A DNA stretch of 64,000 nucleotides, taken from assembly GCA_052147455.1 (NCBI GenBank), contig JBKQKO010000124.1, forward strand, positions 4,618 to 68,617. Reading direction: 5' to 3'. Below the pieces are notes generated by a model. The model was not told where the DNA came from, made no database searches, and saw only the letters and a list, made by a program, of their open reading frames with translations. This DNA comes from Desulfobaccales bacterium (GTDB lineage Bacteria > Desulfobacterota > Desulfobaccia > Desulfobaccales > 0-14-0-80-60-11). A program made the position numbers and the translations under genes. Below are positions 37,158-45,604 of this stretch, in pieces. Position 1 is the stretch's first letter; each line of letters starts with the position of its first letter.

Positions 37158-37210
37158 CTTTCATTCAAGATAGCAAGTATTTACCCGGTAGTCAATAAGG
37201 AATCTGCAAG

Positions 37211-38032
37211 ATGAACATTCTGCGGCGGGAAAAGCAGGAAGCGGCGATAGCGGCCCTGGTGGAAGGTGCTTCAATCCGGTCAGTTGAACGCATGACCGGG
37301 ATTCACCGCGATACCATCATGCGCCTCGGCTACCGAGTAGGGCAAGGCTGCGAAAACCTTATGGATTCTTATATGCACCACTTGAAATGCCAGACTGTCC
37401 AGGTTGACGAAATATGGTGTTTTGTGGGTAAAAAGGAGCGCCACCTTAAAGACACCGATAACCTTGAAGAACTTGGCGATCAATGGGTATTTGTGGCCCT
37501 GGACTCCGACAGCAAATTGATACCATCTTATTTGGTGGGGAAACGCTCTACCGCTAATGCCTATGCCTTTATGGAGGACTTATCTGAGCGGCTGGATAAC
37601 AGGGTGCAGTTAAGCAGCGATTCTATGAGGGCTTATATAGGAGCCGTGGATTCGGCATTTGGGGCTATCGTGGATTACGGCCAGGTGGTAAAAGCGTATG
37701 AAACGGAGCCGATTGGCGCAGGCAGGTATTCTCCGCCCAAAGTGATCAGGGCTGACCGGATCATTATTTCCGGCAGCCCTAACCAATCCAAGATATCAAC
37801 CTCACATATCGAGCGGCAAAACTTGACCATGCGGATGCAGATGCGGCGCTTCACCCGGCTGACCAATGCCTTTAGCAAGAAGCTGGATAATCTCAAGGCA
37901 GCCGTGGCCTTGCATTTTGCTCATTATAATTTCGTGCGGATTCATAGCTCACTTCGGGTTACTCCGGCAATGGCCGCGGGTGTCACCGATCACCTTTGGT
38001 CAATTTCTGAACTTATGCGAGAGGCAAATTAG
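37211..38032 (+). CDS. IS1-family transposase (single ORF)
   Basis: N-terminal HTH (SIRSVERMTGIHRDTIMRL), VDEIWCFVGKK, and TSHIERQNLTMRMQMRRFTRLTNAFSKK..NFVRIH..L..TPAMAAG, like the IS1 InsB C-region. The stop codon lies inside the right TIR. Confidence 0.9.
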   Translation: MNILRREKQEAAIAALVEGASIRSVERMTGIHRDTIMRLGYRVGQGCENLMDSYMHHLKCQTVQVDEIWCFVGKKERHLKDTDNLEELGDQWVFVALDSDSKLIPSYLVGKRSTANAYAFMEDLSERLDNRVQLSSDSMRAYIGAVDSAFGAIVDYGQVVKAYETEPIGAGRYSPPKVIRADRIIISGSPNQSKISTSHIERQNLTMRMQMRRFTRLTNAFSKKLDNLKAAVALHFAHYNFVRIHSSLRVTPAMAAGVTDHLWSISELMREAN

Positions 38033-38041
38033 GACACTACC
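38025..38041. repeat. right terminal inverted repeat CAAATTAGGACACTACC
   Basis: Exact reverse complement of 33060..33076. Confidence 0.9.
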
Positions 38042-38049
38042 CGGCACCG
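38042..38049. repeat. target-site duplication, right copy (CGGCACCG)
   Basis: Identical to 33052..33059. Confidence 0.8.
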
Positions 38050-38056
38050 GGATGCC

Positions 38057-38084
38057 TTGACAAGGGGAGTGCATTTGATAAAAT
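38057..38084 (+). promoter_or_regulatory. sigma70-type promoter of tRNA-Arg
   Basis: TTGACA (38057..38062), a 16-nt spacer, then TAAAAT (38079..38084). The tRNA starts about 10 nt downstream. Confidence 0.6.
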
Positions 38085-38093
38085 TTTTGGCGC

Positions 38094-38170
38094 GGGCGAT
38101 TAGCTCAGGTGGATAGAGCGTTGGTCTCCGGAACCAAAGGCCGGGCGTTCGAGTCGCCCATCGCCCGCCA
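38094..38170 (+). tRNA. tRNA-Arg (anticodon CCG)
   Basis: Hand-folded cloverleaf: GGGCGAT/ATCGCCC acceptor, GCTC-AGGTGGATA-GAGC D-arm, TTGGT-CTCCGGA-ACCAA anticodon arm (CCG), GGGCG-TTCGAGT-CGCCC T-arm, encoded CCA. Confidence 0.93.
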
Positions 38171-38194
38171 GTTTCCAAACTTTCCTCAGGCTTT

Positions 38195-38228
38195 GGTGAA
38201 TATCTAGATGAATATCTTCACCAGTTTT
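38195..38228 (+). terminator. possible tRNA terminator hairpin
   Basis: GGTGAATAT...ATCTTCACC imperfect stem followed by AGTTTT. Confidence 0.35.
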
Positions 38229-38576
38229 CCCTCCACAAATCAACTATTCTATAATCGAAGTAATCAGGTGATCTGTGGTTCACCGCATTGCTCCAAGTCT
38301 ACGATGAATTTTTCGTTAGGAGCCACGGCGATCAACGAGGATTAAGAGGATGAGAATTGTGACCCTGCTACAGAATGGCCATTAAGAGTGCAAGGCGAAA
38401 TTATTGGGGCGGCGGCGGGCTTGAGAGGTGGGGGAAAATTAAAGATATATTCCGGATATATGGAGCTTTTTGGCTCAGTGATAAGTCTCGGATCATGGCA
38501 GTACTTGACACTTTTGCCCAATTGCATCCTAGGGCAAATCTCTTCTCAAGTTAATGCCTCTTGGGCGTTTAAGGGA

Positions 38577-39284
38577 TCAAGATATGCCAAGGTATGCTTG
38601 GCGAACCCCGTCATGGGACAGCAGCTCGTCACCTGTCCCTTCAAGAACAATTCGACCCGTCTGGAGCACGTAGGCGCGATCCGCGACTTGCAATGCTTCG
38701 TAGACATTCTGTTCAATGAGTAGCACCGTTAGACCTTCTGACTGCAAGCGCACAATCACCTCAAAAACCTCGTCAACCAACTTCGGCATTAGGCCAAGTG
38801 AGGGCTCGTCGAGTATAAGCAGTTTGGGCCGGGACATCAATCCTCTGGCTATGGCAAGCATCTGCTGCTCTCCGCCCGAGAGGGTCTCTGACTTCTGAAA
38901 TTGACGCTCCTGCAAGCGGGGAAACATTGTGAACACCTGATCAAGCGTAGCTTCTATTTCTCCCTGTTCGTGGCGCGTGTAGGCTCCCAGCAACAGATTG
39001 TCCAGAACGTTCATTTTGCCGAAAATCAGGCGTCCCTCTGGCACATGCGACATACCCCTGGCAACAATTTCATACGGATGTAGGGCGGTGATATCCTCTC
39101 CAAGAAATTCTATGGTCCCCTCAATTGGGTGCAGCAGACCAGAGATTGCCTTGAGCAAGGTCGATTTCCCAGCTCCATTCGAACCGATTACAGAGGTGAT
39201 CTCCCCCTCATTCACCTTGATGGTGATCCCCCGCAGTGCTGGGATTTCATCATACGTCACTTCAATGTCAGCGACCCTTAGCAT
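38577..39284 (-). CDS. HAAT-family ABC transporter ATP-binding protein, LivF-like (set 2)
   Basis: GSNGAGKST, LSGGEQQ and LILDEPS motifs. 235 aa. Confidence 0.9.
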   Translation of the reverse strand: MLRVADIEVTYDEIPALRGITIKVNEGEITSVIGSNGAGKSTLLKAISGLLHPIEGTIEFLGEDITALHPYEIVARGMSHVPEGRLIFGKMNVLDNLLLGAYTRHEQGEIEATLDQVFTMFPRLQERQFQKSETLSGGEQQMLAIARGLMSRPKLLILDEPSLGLMPKLVDEVFEVIVRLQSEGLTVLLIEQNVYEALQVADRAYVLQTGRIVLEGTGDELLSHDGVRQAYLGIS

Positions 39285-40005
39285 GATACTTCACCCCCAG
39301 ATAGGCCTCAATGACCGCTGGATCGTTAAGAACCGTTTCTGGCACGCCTTGGGCGATGAGCCGGCCTCCGTCAAGCACATAGATCCATTCTGCAATGGGA
39401 ATAAGCGCCTCCAATACATGTTCCACCATAAATAGAGTGATCCTCTGTTCTTTTTGCAAATTGCGCAGCAAATCAAGTGCCTCGTGAATCTCCGAGGAAT
39501 TCAGACCAGCCATAGTTTCATCCAGCATCAGCAGCTTTGGTTGCAACCCCAGCGTCATAGCCACCTCAAGACGTTTCTTATCTGCTATCGTCAGGCTCCT
39601 GGCAGGTAGGAGTGCCTTCGATTCCAAGCGGGTCAAGCTAAGGATTTCCTCCGCCCGCCGGCGGGCTTCGTTTACCCTGGATGTCTTGCCAAAGACCCCC
39701 ACCATCACGTTTTCCACCACACTCATATCCATCAGCACCTTGACCACCTGAAAGGTTCTGACGAGTCCGGTATGAGGTACCCGGTATGAAGGAAGTTTGG
39801 TGATTTCCTGCCCTGCAAACTTTATCGTTCCGGCAGTAGGTTTGTAGAAACCGCTGATACAGTTAAAGATGGTAGTCTTGCCGGCTCCGTTCGGGCCGAT
39901 AAGACCAACCACCTGTCCCTCGCCGATTTCCAAGTTAACATCCTGGCAAGCGATCAGGCCTCCGAAACGCTTGGTTAATCCCTTCACTTCGAGTAAGCTG
40001 GTCAC
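39268..40005 (-). CDS. HAAT-family ABC transporter ATP-binding protein, LivG-like (set 2)
   Basis: GPNGAGKTT and LMLDE motifs. GTG start at 40005 overlaps the upstream stop (GTGA). The track ORF is N-extended. Confidence 0.85.
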   Translation of the reverse strand: MTSLLEVKGLTKRFGGLIACQDVNLEIGEGQVVGLIGPNGAGKTTIFNCISGFYKPTAGTIKFAGQEITKLPSYRVPHTGLVRTFQVVKVLMDMSVVENVMVGVFGKTSRVNEARRRAEEILSLTRLESKALLPARSLTIADKKRLEVAMTLGLQPKLLMLDETMAGLNSSEIHEALDLLRNLQKEQRITLFMVEHVLEALIPIAEWIYVLDGGRLIAQGVPETVLNDPAVIEAYLGVKYHAKGR

Positions 40006-41063
40006 GGTTTTCCCTGCTGGGCCTTGATCGACAGACCTGTGGGCCCGGGGCGGCGCCGAAAGTTCCGCAGCCTCTGCAACCATCCCATAACGCCGTTAGG
40101 TTGATAGATAACTATAATGATAATCAATAAACCGTAAATCATCAGGTCCACGCCTCGTCCTGTACCTCCCAGCCAGGCCCGGGCATACTCTGAAATGGGG
40201 ATGAGGATTAAAGCGCCAACCAGAGGTCCAAATAAATAAACGGCTCCTCCCAGGGTAGCTACTAGCACGATAATGGTGGACATGTTGATATTCAGAATGC
40301 TGGCTGGATCAATATAAAGAACATATTGCGCGTAAAAAGTGCCCGCCAAAGCTGTAAAGAAAGCACTGACACCTAATGCCAAGGATTTGTAATGGGCTAG
40401 GTTAACACCTAGTCGTTTCGCTGAATCCTCGTCGTTGGCGATGGCACGAAAATAGAAACCAGGCTTCGTTTGAATCATCCAGTAGGTGACCAGTACGCTC
40501 AAGGCATACAGGCCCAGGACGATGTAGTAATATGGCAGCTTGCTGGAGAATTGGAAATAGCCCCATCCTGACTTGAGTGGCAAACTCAACCCATCTGCGC
40601 CGCCTACTAATCTCCAATTGGAAAAGAGGATTTGCACAACCTGCTGAAGCGCAATGGTCGCAATGGCAAAGTAATGACCCCTCAATTTTGAGAATGGATA
40701 ACCGATCAAAACGGCAAACACGGCGCTGATGAGTCCACCCGCGACCAGCCCGAGCCACGGTGATAGTCCGGTATCAAGAAAAAGTAAAGTCGACGTATAT
40801 GCTCCAAAGCCGAAGAAAACGATATGCCCGAACGAGATCATGCCGGCATATCCCCCTGCCAGGCTCCAAGCTTGCCCGAGAAGGGCGTACATGAAAATTA
40901 GAATTAATACGTGCTGGAAATGGTGATTGTCATACAGCAAAGGCAGGATGCAGAAGAGGAGGGCCGCCGCCGGCAACCAAAGGTTGTCAATCTTAAATTT
41001 TGCTTTATTCCGCCCGTGTCCGCCGGGTGTCGGCTGCCGTTGATTCACTATCTTGGTCACCAT
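40002..41063 (-). CDS. HAAT-family ABC transporter permease, LivM-like (set 2)
   Basis: 353-aa polytopic protein with GYAGMISFGHIVFFGFGAY. Confidence 0.85.
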   Translation of the reverse strand: MVTKIVNQRQPTPGGHGRNKAKFKIDNLWLPAAALLFCILPLLYDNHHFQHVLILIFMYALLGQAWSLAGGYAGMISFGHIVFFGFGAYTSTLLFLDTGLSPWLGLVAGGLISAVFAVLIGYPFSKLRGHYFAIATIALQQVVQILFSNWRLVGGADGLSLPLKSGWGYFQFSSKLPYYYIVLGLYALSVLVTYWMIQTKPGFYFRAIANDEDSAKRLGVNLAHYKSLALGVSAFFTALAGTFYAQYVLYIDPASILNINMSTIIVLVATLGGAVYLFGPLVGALILIPISEYARAWLGGTGRGVDLMIYGLLIIIIVIYQPNGVMGWLQRLRNFRRRPGPTGLSIKAQQGKP

Positions 41064-41917
41064 CCAAACAGACCTTTCGGCCGAATAGAAACCACACCCA
41101 GGTAGATTAGGAAGATGACGGCATCCTTGTATTGAGGTCCCAGATACAGGCCTCCAAGATGCTCTGCCAGGCCGATCATGAGACCTCCTAAGAACGAACC
41201 CGGAACACTGCCAAATCCCCCCAGGGCAACGATGGCGAAGGCCAGCAGGCCAAACTTGTCACCCACACTCGGAAAAACGTAGTAGAAATTACACAACAGA
41301 GATCCAGCCACGCCCAAGAGAGCCAGGGCCACACCGAAGGTAATGCCAAACACCCGCTCCGTATTGATCCCCATCAGCGCGGCCGCTTCCTTACTAATTG
41401 AGGTTGCCTGCACGGCGCGGCCCAGACGGGTTTTTTTTAACCACCAGTAAGTCCCCCCGAAAACGGCAACGCTGGTTAGAGCGGCAATGACTTTTGCCTC
41501 GCTGACCACAAATAATGGAAAACGCCAGGTACCTGAAATCAGGGTACCGCGCAGTTGCTGATAGTCGGGACTCCAAACAAAGACCGCCAAATTAACCAGG
41601 AAGATAGCGATTCCGAACGTTAGGAGCAGTTGTGCCAATATAGGCCCCGTCAGGACCTTCCTTACCATAGTGCCATACGTGCCCCAGCCAACGAAAAACA
41701 TAATCAGTGCGACCAAGGGCAACGATATGAGGGGGTCAATTCCCCAGAGTTTGTCCGCCCAAAAGGTAAGGAACATAGCCAGCATTAAAAAGGCCCCGTG
41801 CGCGAAGTTGATGATGTTCATTACCCCCCAAATCAATGTCATGCCCACGGCGATCAAAGCGTATATTGATCCCATCAGCAATCCGTCGATCACCATTTGC
41901 AGAAGCTGGTTTTCCAT
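41057..41917 (-). CDS. HAAT-family ABC transporter permease, LivH-like (set 2)
   Basis: MENQLLQMVIDGLLMGSIYALIAVGMTLIWGVMNIINFAHG. Confidence 0.88.
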   Translation of the reverse strand: MENQLLQMVIDGLLMGSIYALIAVGMTLIWGVMNIINFAHGAFLMLAMFLTFWADKLWGIDPLISLPLVALIMFFVGWGTYGTMVRKVLTGPILAQLLLTFGIAIFLVNLAVFVWSPDYQQLRGTLISGTWRFPLFVVSEAKVIAALTSVAVFGGTYWWLKKTRLGRAVQATSISKEAAALMGINTERVFGITFGVALALLGVAGSLLCNFYYVFPSVGDKFGLLAFAIVALGGFGSVPGSFLGGLMIGLAEHLGGLYLGPQYKDAVIFLIYLGVVSIRPKGLFGW

Positions 41918-41984
41918 GCTTCTACTCCGCGCACCCGCTCAGAGTCGAAAGAGGGCCTGCTGGTGGCAGGCCCCTCGACCTCTG

Positions 41985-43229
41985 CTACTTGCTCCAGCCG
42001 GGAAACGGCCAGACAATCTTCATCGTGGCAACGTTTGGAGGCCAGACCGTTTGGAATTCCCCATTGACCCTCTGTTGCAAAACTAAAGAGGCGTATTTAT
42101 TCTGTTGGTTCTGGTCAAATTGAATTCCTTTCCATGGCATAATGCCTGCACTCATGTTGGTCGTCACCAGCGCCTTTTGAATGGCATCCGGGTTCGTGGA
42201 ACCGGCACGGTTGATCGCATCCGCCAAAACAAACGGCGCGTTGAAACTCCGTACGGCATTTTCGGTTATATCGTGACCGAACTTCTTGCGGTAAAGATCG
42301 TTGACCTGTTGAATCGCCGGAATGGTTTTTGCCATAGCAAGATTGAACTCAGACAGCACCACGAAATAATCTGCATCGGGGCCTACCGTTTTCAAATACG
42401 ACCTATCCGTATGCCCCGTCCATGACATAAGGGCCTGTGGAGTGAAGTTATGGAGTTTGAAAGCTTCCGTGTAAAGTATTTCATCCGAAACATAGGAATT
42501 TTCCATCACGACGTCCGGGTGTGCATCCATGATGCGGGCCACTTCGCTGGAGACGTCCGTGGTGCTGTGAGAATAGGGCACATCTGCTACAATTTCGTAC
42601 CCGTATTTCTTGGCGCCAATCTTCTCTTGCTCGGCAACGCTGGAGCCCCACTCTGAGTTCTCATATACCAGGGCGATCCGATTGATGGAATGTCCCTGCT
42701 TTCTCATGCCCTCCAAGAATTCGAATTGGTCCTGGGCACCTATCGAGACGTTGGGGTTAGCGCGGAAAAAATAATGAAAGCCCCGTTCGGTCAACGCGGT
42801 AGAAGTCGAGTCCGAACACACCATGGGTATATGCATGCGCTCGGTTACCTGGCTCACCGTTTTGGTTACGGAACTTTGATAAGCCCCGACCATGGCCACA
42901 ACTCCATTGTTGGAGATAAGGTACTCTGCTGCGCTAATCCCGGTTTGGGGAGACCCCTGGGAGTCTGAAAATACGGCCTCTAACTTTGCCCCACCCAGGG
43001 AAGGAATGCCAGCAGTTTTTGCAAAGGGAATATCTATGTCATACTCATTATTAATGATATCGATTGCCAGTTCCACACCCGATTTACACTCCTGTCCCGT
43101 CGAGGCTACATCCCCGGTCAAGGGGTAAACGGCGCCGATCTTAATGACCCCAGCGGCAAGGCTTATTCCAGGGAGAATAACCACCACGGCAAGAACCAGT
43201 ATCCCTAGGCCTACGTATTTGCGAACCAT
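41985..43229 (-). CDS. HAAT-family substrate-binding protein (set 2)
   Basis: Signal peptide, then IKIGAVYPLTGDVASTGQE, typical of the type-1 PBP (LivK family). Confidence 0.85.
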   Translation of the reverse strand: MVRKYVGLGILVLAVVVILPGISLAAGVIKIGAVYPLTGDVASTGQECKSGVELAIDIINNEYDIDIPFAKTAGIPSLGGAKLEAVFSDSQGSPQTGISAAEYLISNNGVVAMVGAYQSSVTKTVSQVTERMHIPMVCSDSTSTALTERGFHYFFRANPNVSIGAQDQFEFLEGMRKQGHSINRIALVYENSEWGSSVAEQEKIGAKKYGYEIVADVPYSHSTTDVSSEVARIMDAHPDVVMENSYVSDEILYTEAFKLHNFTPQALMSWTGHTDRSYLKTVGPDADYFVVLSEFNLAMAKTIPAIQQVNDLYRKKFGHDITENAVRSFNAPFVLADAINRAGSTNPDAIQKALVTTNMSAGIMPWKGIQFDQNQQNKYASLVLQQRVNGEFQTVWPPNVATMKIVWPFPGWSK

Positions 43230-43869
43230 TTTTCGTCCCTCCCTTCATTCTCATCCAAACGAATTAATTTGTTTGGAAACCCCTCTCCGCCAAAACATCA
43301 CTCCCTTGCAGAATACCACGGGAGGTAGATAGTTAGAGGGGGGCATTAAGCATCCCCGGCGAAAATGTACTTTTTTGCCTGCTCCGCCGCACTGCGGGTA
43401 TTTAACGTTTACCTTACCCAGACAAGTTTCACATGTAGCTATCTCCTTTATCTGTAAATTTTATAGTTGCTATCAACCGATCTCATGCCGCAAAGAGGTA
43501 ATGCGTCTTATAGCCAAATTATCTCGTAGGAGGCATGATAGCACAAATTTCCCTGAAAGATTAATTTTTCCAAAAATCTGAGCATACCCAACCCTCAGAA
43601 TCCAAATACTTCCCAGTTGTGGAGCTTAAGGAGCCCAACCCAGCACCGCCCGGTAATGGTGCGCTAGAGGAAGGGCGAAGGCGCGGTCTCCTTTGCTCAT
43701 GGGACTGAATATAGCTTGCCAGGATTAGCAGTTATCCCTTTGGAGGGCGAAATTCCGGATATGATTTGGATATGGGAAGTTTCATCTTCGAAATGATTAC
43801 TAGGCATAGAGGTAATTTCCAACCTAACCCGGATCAAGAGGCCCCCCATCAGCTCATCGGCAACCACCA

Positions 43870-44283
43870 TTAACTTTCAGCCGGTATAATTTCTTCTTTG
43901 AGACGCACGGCATGAACACATCCAATAAACTGCCCATCTTTTCTCATAGGTGTAAGTGTTACGAGAATGACCTTTCCATAAGGCTTGGCCTCATAATGGA
44001 ATGGCTCAGTCCTTCCCCCGGAGAACTCCAGGAGCATCGAATCAAATTTTTGGTTAGTAATTGCTTTCTTATGATGTAGATGGATATCCGAGCCGATATA
44101 TTCAGGTTTGCGGTCCAATATCTCGGCCGAATGACGATTATAATAGAGGAGAGTTCCTTTCGGGTTGAAAATTGTCACACCCACCTCTAAGCAATCCATT
44201 GCAAGAGAGACCAGTTCCCTCAATTGTGTTATACTTTCAGGTTCTCCCAGATGATTGCTCCCATTATTTTTTTCCTCGTTCAT
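43870..44283 (-). CDS. stand-alone PAS-domain protein
   Basis: 137 aa with a PAS-like core (GVTIFNPKGTLLYYNRHSAEILDRKPEYIG...DGQFIGCVHAV). Confidence 0.6.
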   Translation of the reverse strand: MNEEKNNGSNHLGEPESITQLRELVSLAMDCLEVGVTIFNPKGTLLYYNRHSAEILDRKPEYIGSDIHLHHKKAITNQKFDSMLLEFSGGRTEPFHYEAKPYGKVILVTLTPMRKDGQFIGCVHAVRLKEEIIPAES

Positions 44284-44428
44284 AGCTCCTGCCTGGGAAA
44301 GACATCCTATCTCAAGGCATGTTTTGTAGTTGCCTTCTCTTTTAATCCGATTATTTCATCAAGGGTGTATCTCCCGCTTTTCCCAGGAAGATTAAGGCGA
44401 GTGCTTTGACCCAGCCGCACGTGTTCTT

Positions 44429-44701
44429 TCACCAACGCCTAGGCATCTGCCGAGATGAGAAACGTGTACCTACTCGCTTATTGGCTGCCTCGATACGGCT
44501 GGCAAGGTTTACTGCAGCGCCGATGACCGTCATCTTCTTGTTCCCTGGAGCGCCCAAGGTCCCAGCCACTACTTGTCCGTAGTGCAAGCCTAAACGTATC
44601 TCAAAGCTCTCTTGGTATAGCTCCTTCAAATAAGGACCAAGTTTCTGGACAGCATCGATCATCTCAAGTCCTGTCTGGATGGCCCGTGCGGCAGCCTTGG
44701 C
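44429..44701 (-). pseudogene. 5'-truncated, 3'-frameshifted class III adenylate/guanylate cyclase fragment
   Basis: Only the C-terminal half of the catalytic domain is present (RLGLHYGQVVAGTLGAPGNKKMTVIGAAVNLASRIEAANK). Homology continues 13 codons upstream of the M and then hits a stop. The metal-binding N-half is absent and the C-terminus reads out of frame. Confidence 0.7.
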
Positions 44702-44774
44702 CTAACGTAGTCAAAAAGCGGTTTTTGGGATCCCTTTGCCAGGGGCAAACCCCACAAAGCTTCTCTCGCTGCAA

Positions 44775-45227
44775 CTATTGCCGCCGGACCTTTTCCATCG
44801 CCGCGGTAATGGCCTCCTTGTTGAGGACAAACTCCATCATCCCTACCTGTTGCTCGTAGGTTTTCGAATCCACCAACTCCTTGATGCGGTCTTCCAGGAT
44901 GTGATATACAGGGAGTCCCAACGGGACTCCGGCCAAAGGACCTGCGAAGGTGGGGTCGCCTTTGGTGACGGTTTCAGCATAGATTTCAGCGCTTTCCGCA
45001 TCGGGAGAGCCCAAAACCACCACCAGGTTTTCCGTGCCGTTGTCTTCAACGGCTTTCTTGATCGTCCCCTGATCTTCCAGATCCATGGCCCCCGCCGCAG
45101 TTCAGACAAAGCACTGGGTCAACGCCAGGACCGGTTGAGCTCCTGCGGTCCGGATGCACTCGGCAATGGCCGGGGCTGGCACCCCATCCCGTTCCCCGAT
45201 GCAAATGACTTTCTTTCCTTGTAACAT
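44775..45227 (-). CDS. grdA: glycine/sarcosine/betaine reductase complex selenoprotein A
   Basis: Translating through the TGA at 45102..45104 gives [53 protein letters not shown]...GDPTFAGPLAGVPLGLPVYH, including the canonical CxxU motif. GAGGAGG RBS before ATG 45227. The track shows only the part 3' of the UGA. Confidence 0.93.
45102..45104 (-). other. in-frame UGA (selenocysteine) codon of grdA
   Basis: Codon 42, within CFV-U-TAAG. Confidence 0.9.
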
Positions 45228-45251
45228 GTGACAAAACCTCCTCGGTTATAC

Positions 45252-45599
45252 TTAGGTAGATGACAATTCCAGGGCCGCTTCCAGATAGCCCGCCACAAAT
45301 TTGTCCAACTCTTCCTGATTGACTTCTTTTCCCGACAGCCGGCCTACTTCCTGGCCGTCCCGATACAGCAGGAAGGTGGGCAAGCCCATCACCTTAAGAT
45401 CGATACACAGCCGCCGGTTTTTGCTGGCGTCCACCTTGGCCACCTTCAGCCGTGTCCCATATTTACCCGCCAGTTCCTCTACATATGGCATCAGGGCTAG
45501 GCAGGGGGCGCAGGCCGGTCCCCAAAAATCTACCAGCACCATTCCCGGCGAGGATTCGATTTCCGCAACGAAGGTCTCTTTGGTGACCTCCAGAGCCAT
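45252..45599 (-). CDS. thioredoxin
   Basis: 115 aa. Thioredoxin fold with active-site region DFWGPACAPC and ...GLPTFLLY. Confidence 0.85.
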   Translation of the reverse strand: MALEVTKETFVAEIESSPGMVLVDFWGPACAPCLALMPYVEELAGKYGTRLKVAKVDASKNRRLCIDLKVMGLPTFLLYRDGQEVGRLSGKEVNQEELDKFVAGYLEAALELSST

Positions 45600-45604
45600 A
45601 CCTT

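Larger units (their letters stand above)
33060..38041 (+). mobile_element. IS1-family unit transposon with passenger genes (4,982 bp)
   Basis: Perfect 17-bp TIRs (33060..33076 and 38025..38041) and an 8-bp TSD. Ends fit the GGnnnTG terminus. IS1-type transposase at the right end. Cargo is visibly AT-richer than the flanks. Confidence 0.85.
37187..38041 (+). mobile_element. minimal IS1-like core with a degenerate inner left end
   Basis: GGTAGTCAATAAGG at 37187..37200 shares only GGTAGT with the perfect TIR. Confidence 0.4.

Noticed and set aside
36945-37165. A complete tmRNA (ssrA) gene.
   Set aside because: The candidate 5' end at 36952 (GGGGGTG) does not pair with the 3' acceptor strand. 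At about 215 nt the region looks short for a tmRNA. I found no tag ORF ending in a hydrophobic ...AA-type tail. The order of acceptor strands also does not fit a permuted two-piece gene. Only a 68-nt tRNA-like piece is supported.
36874-37173. 99-aa ORF (+) and 72-aa ORF (-) between the cargo and the transposase as protein-coding genes.
   Set aside because: There is no RBS. The translations look non-coding by composition, and the ORFs overlap the strong hairpin and the tRNA-like element.
38171-38576. Integrase, att repeat or other island boundary immediately 3' of tRNA-Arg.
   Set aside because: There is no ORF with integrase character and no copy of the tRNA 3' end. Only a hairpin and non-coding-looking sequence are present.
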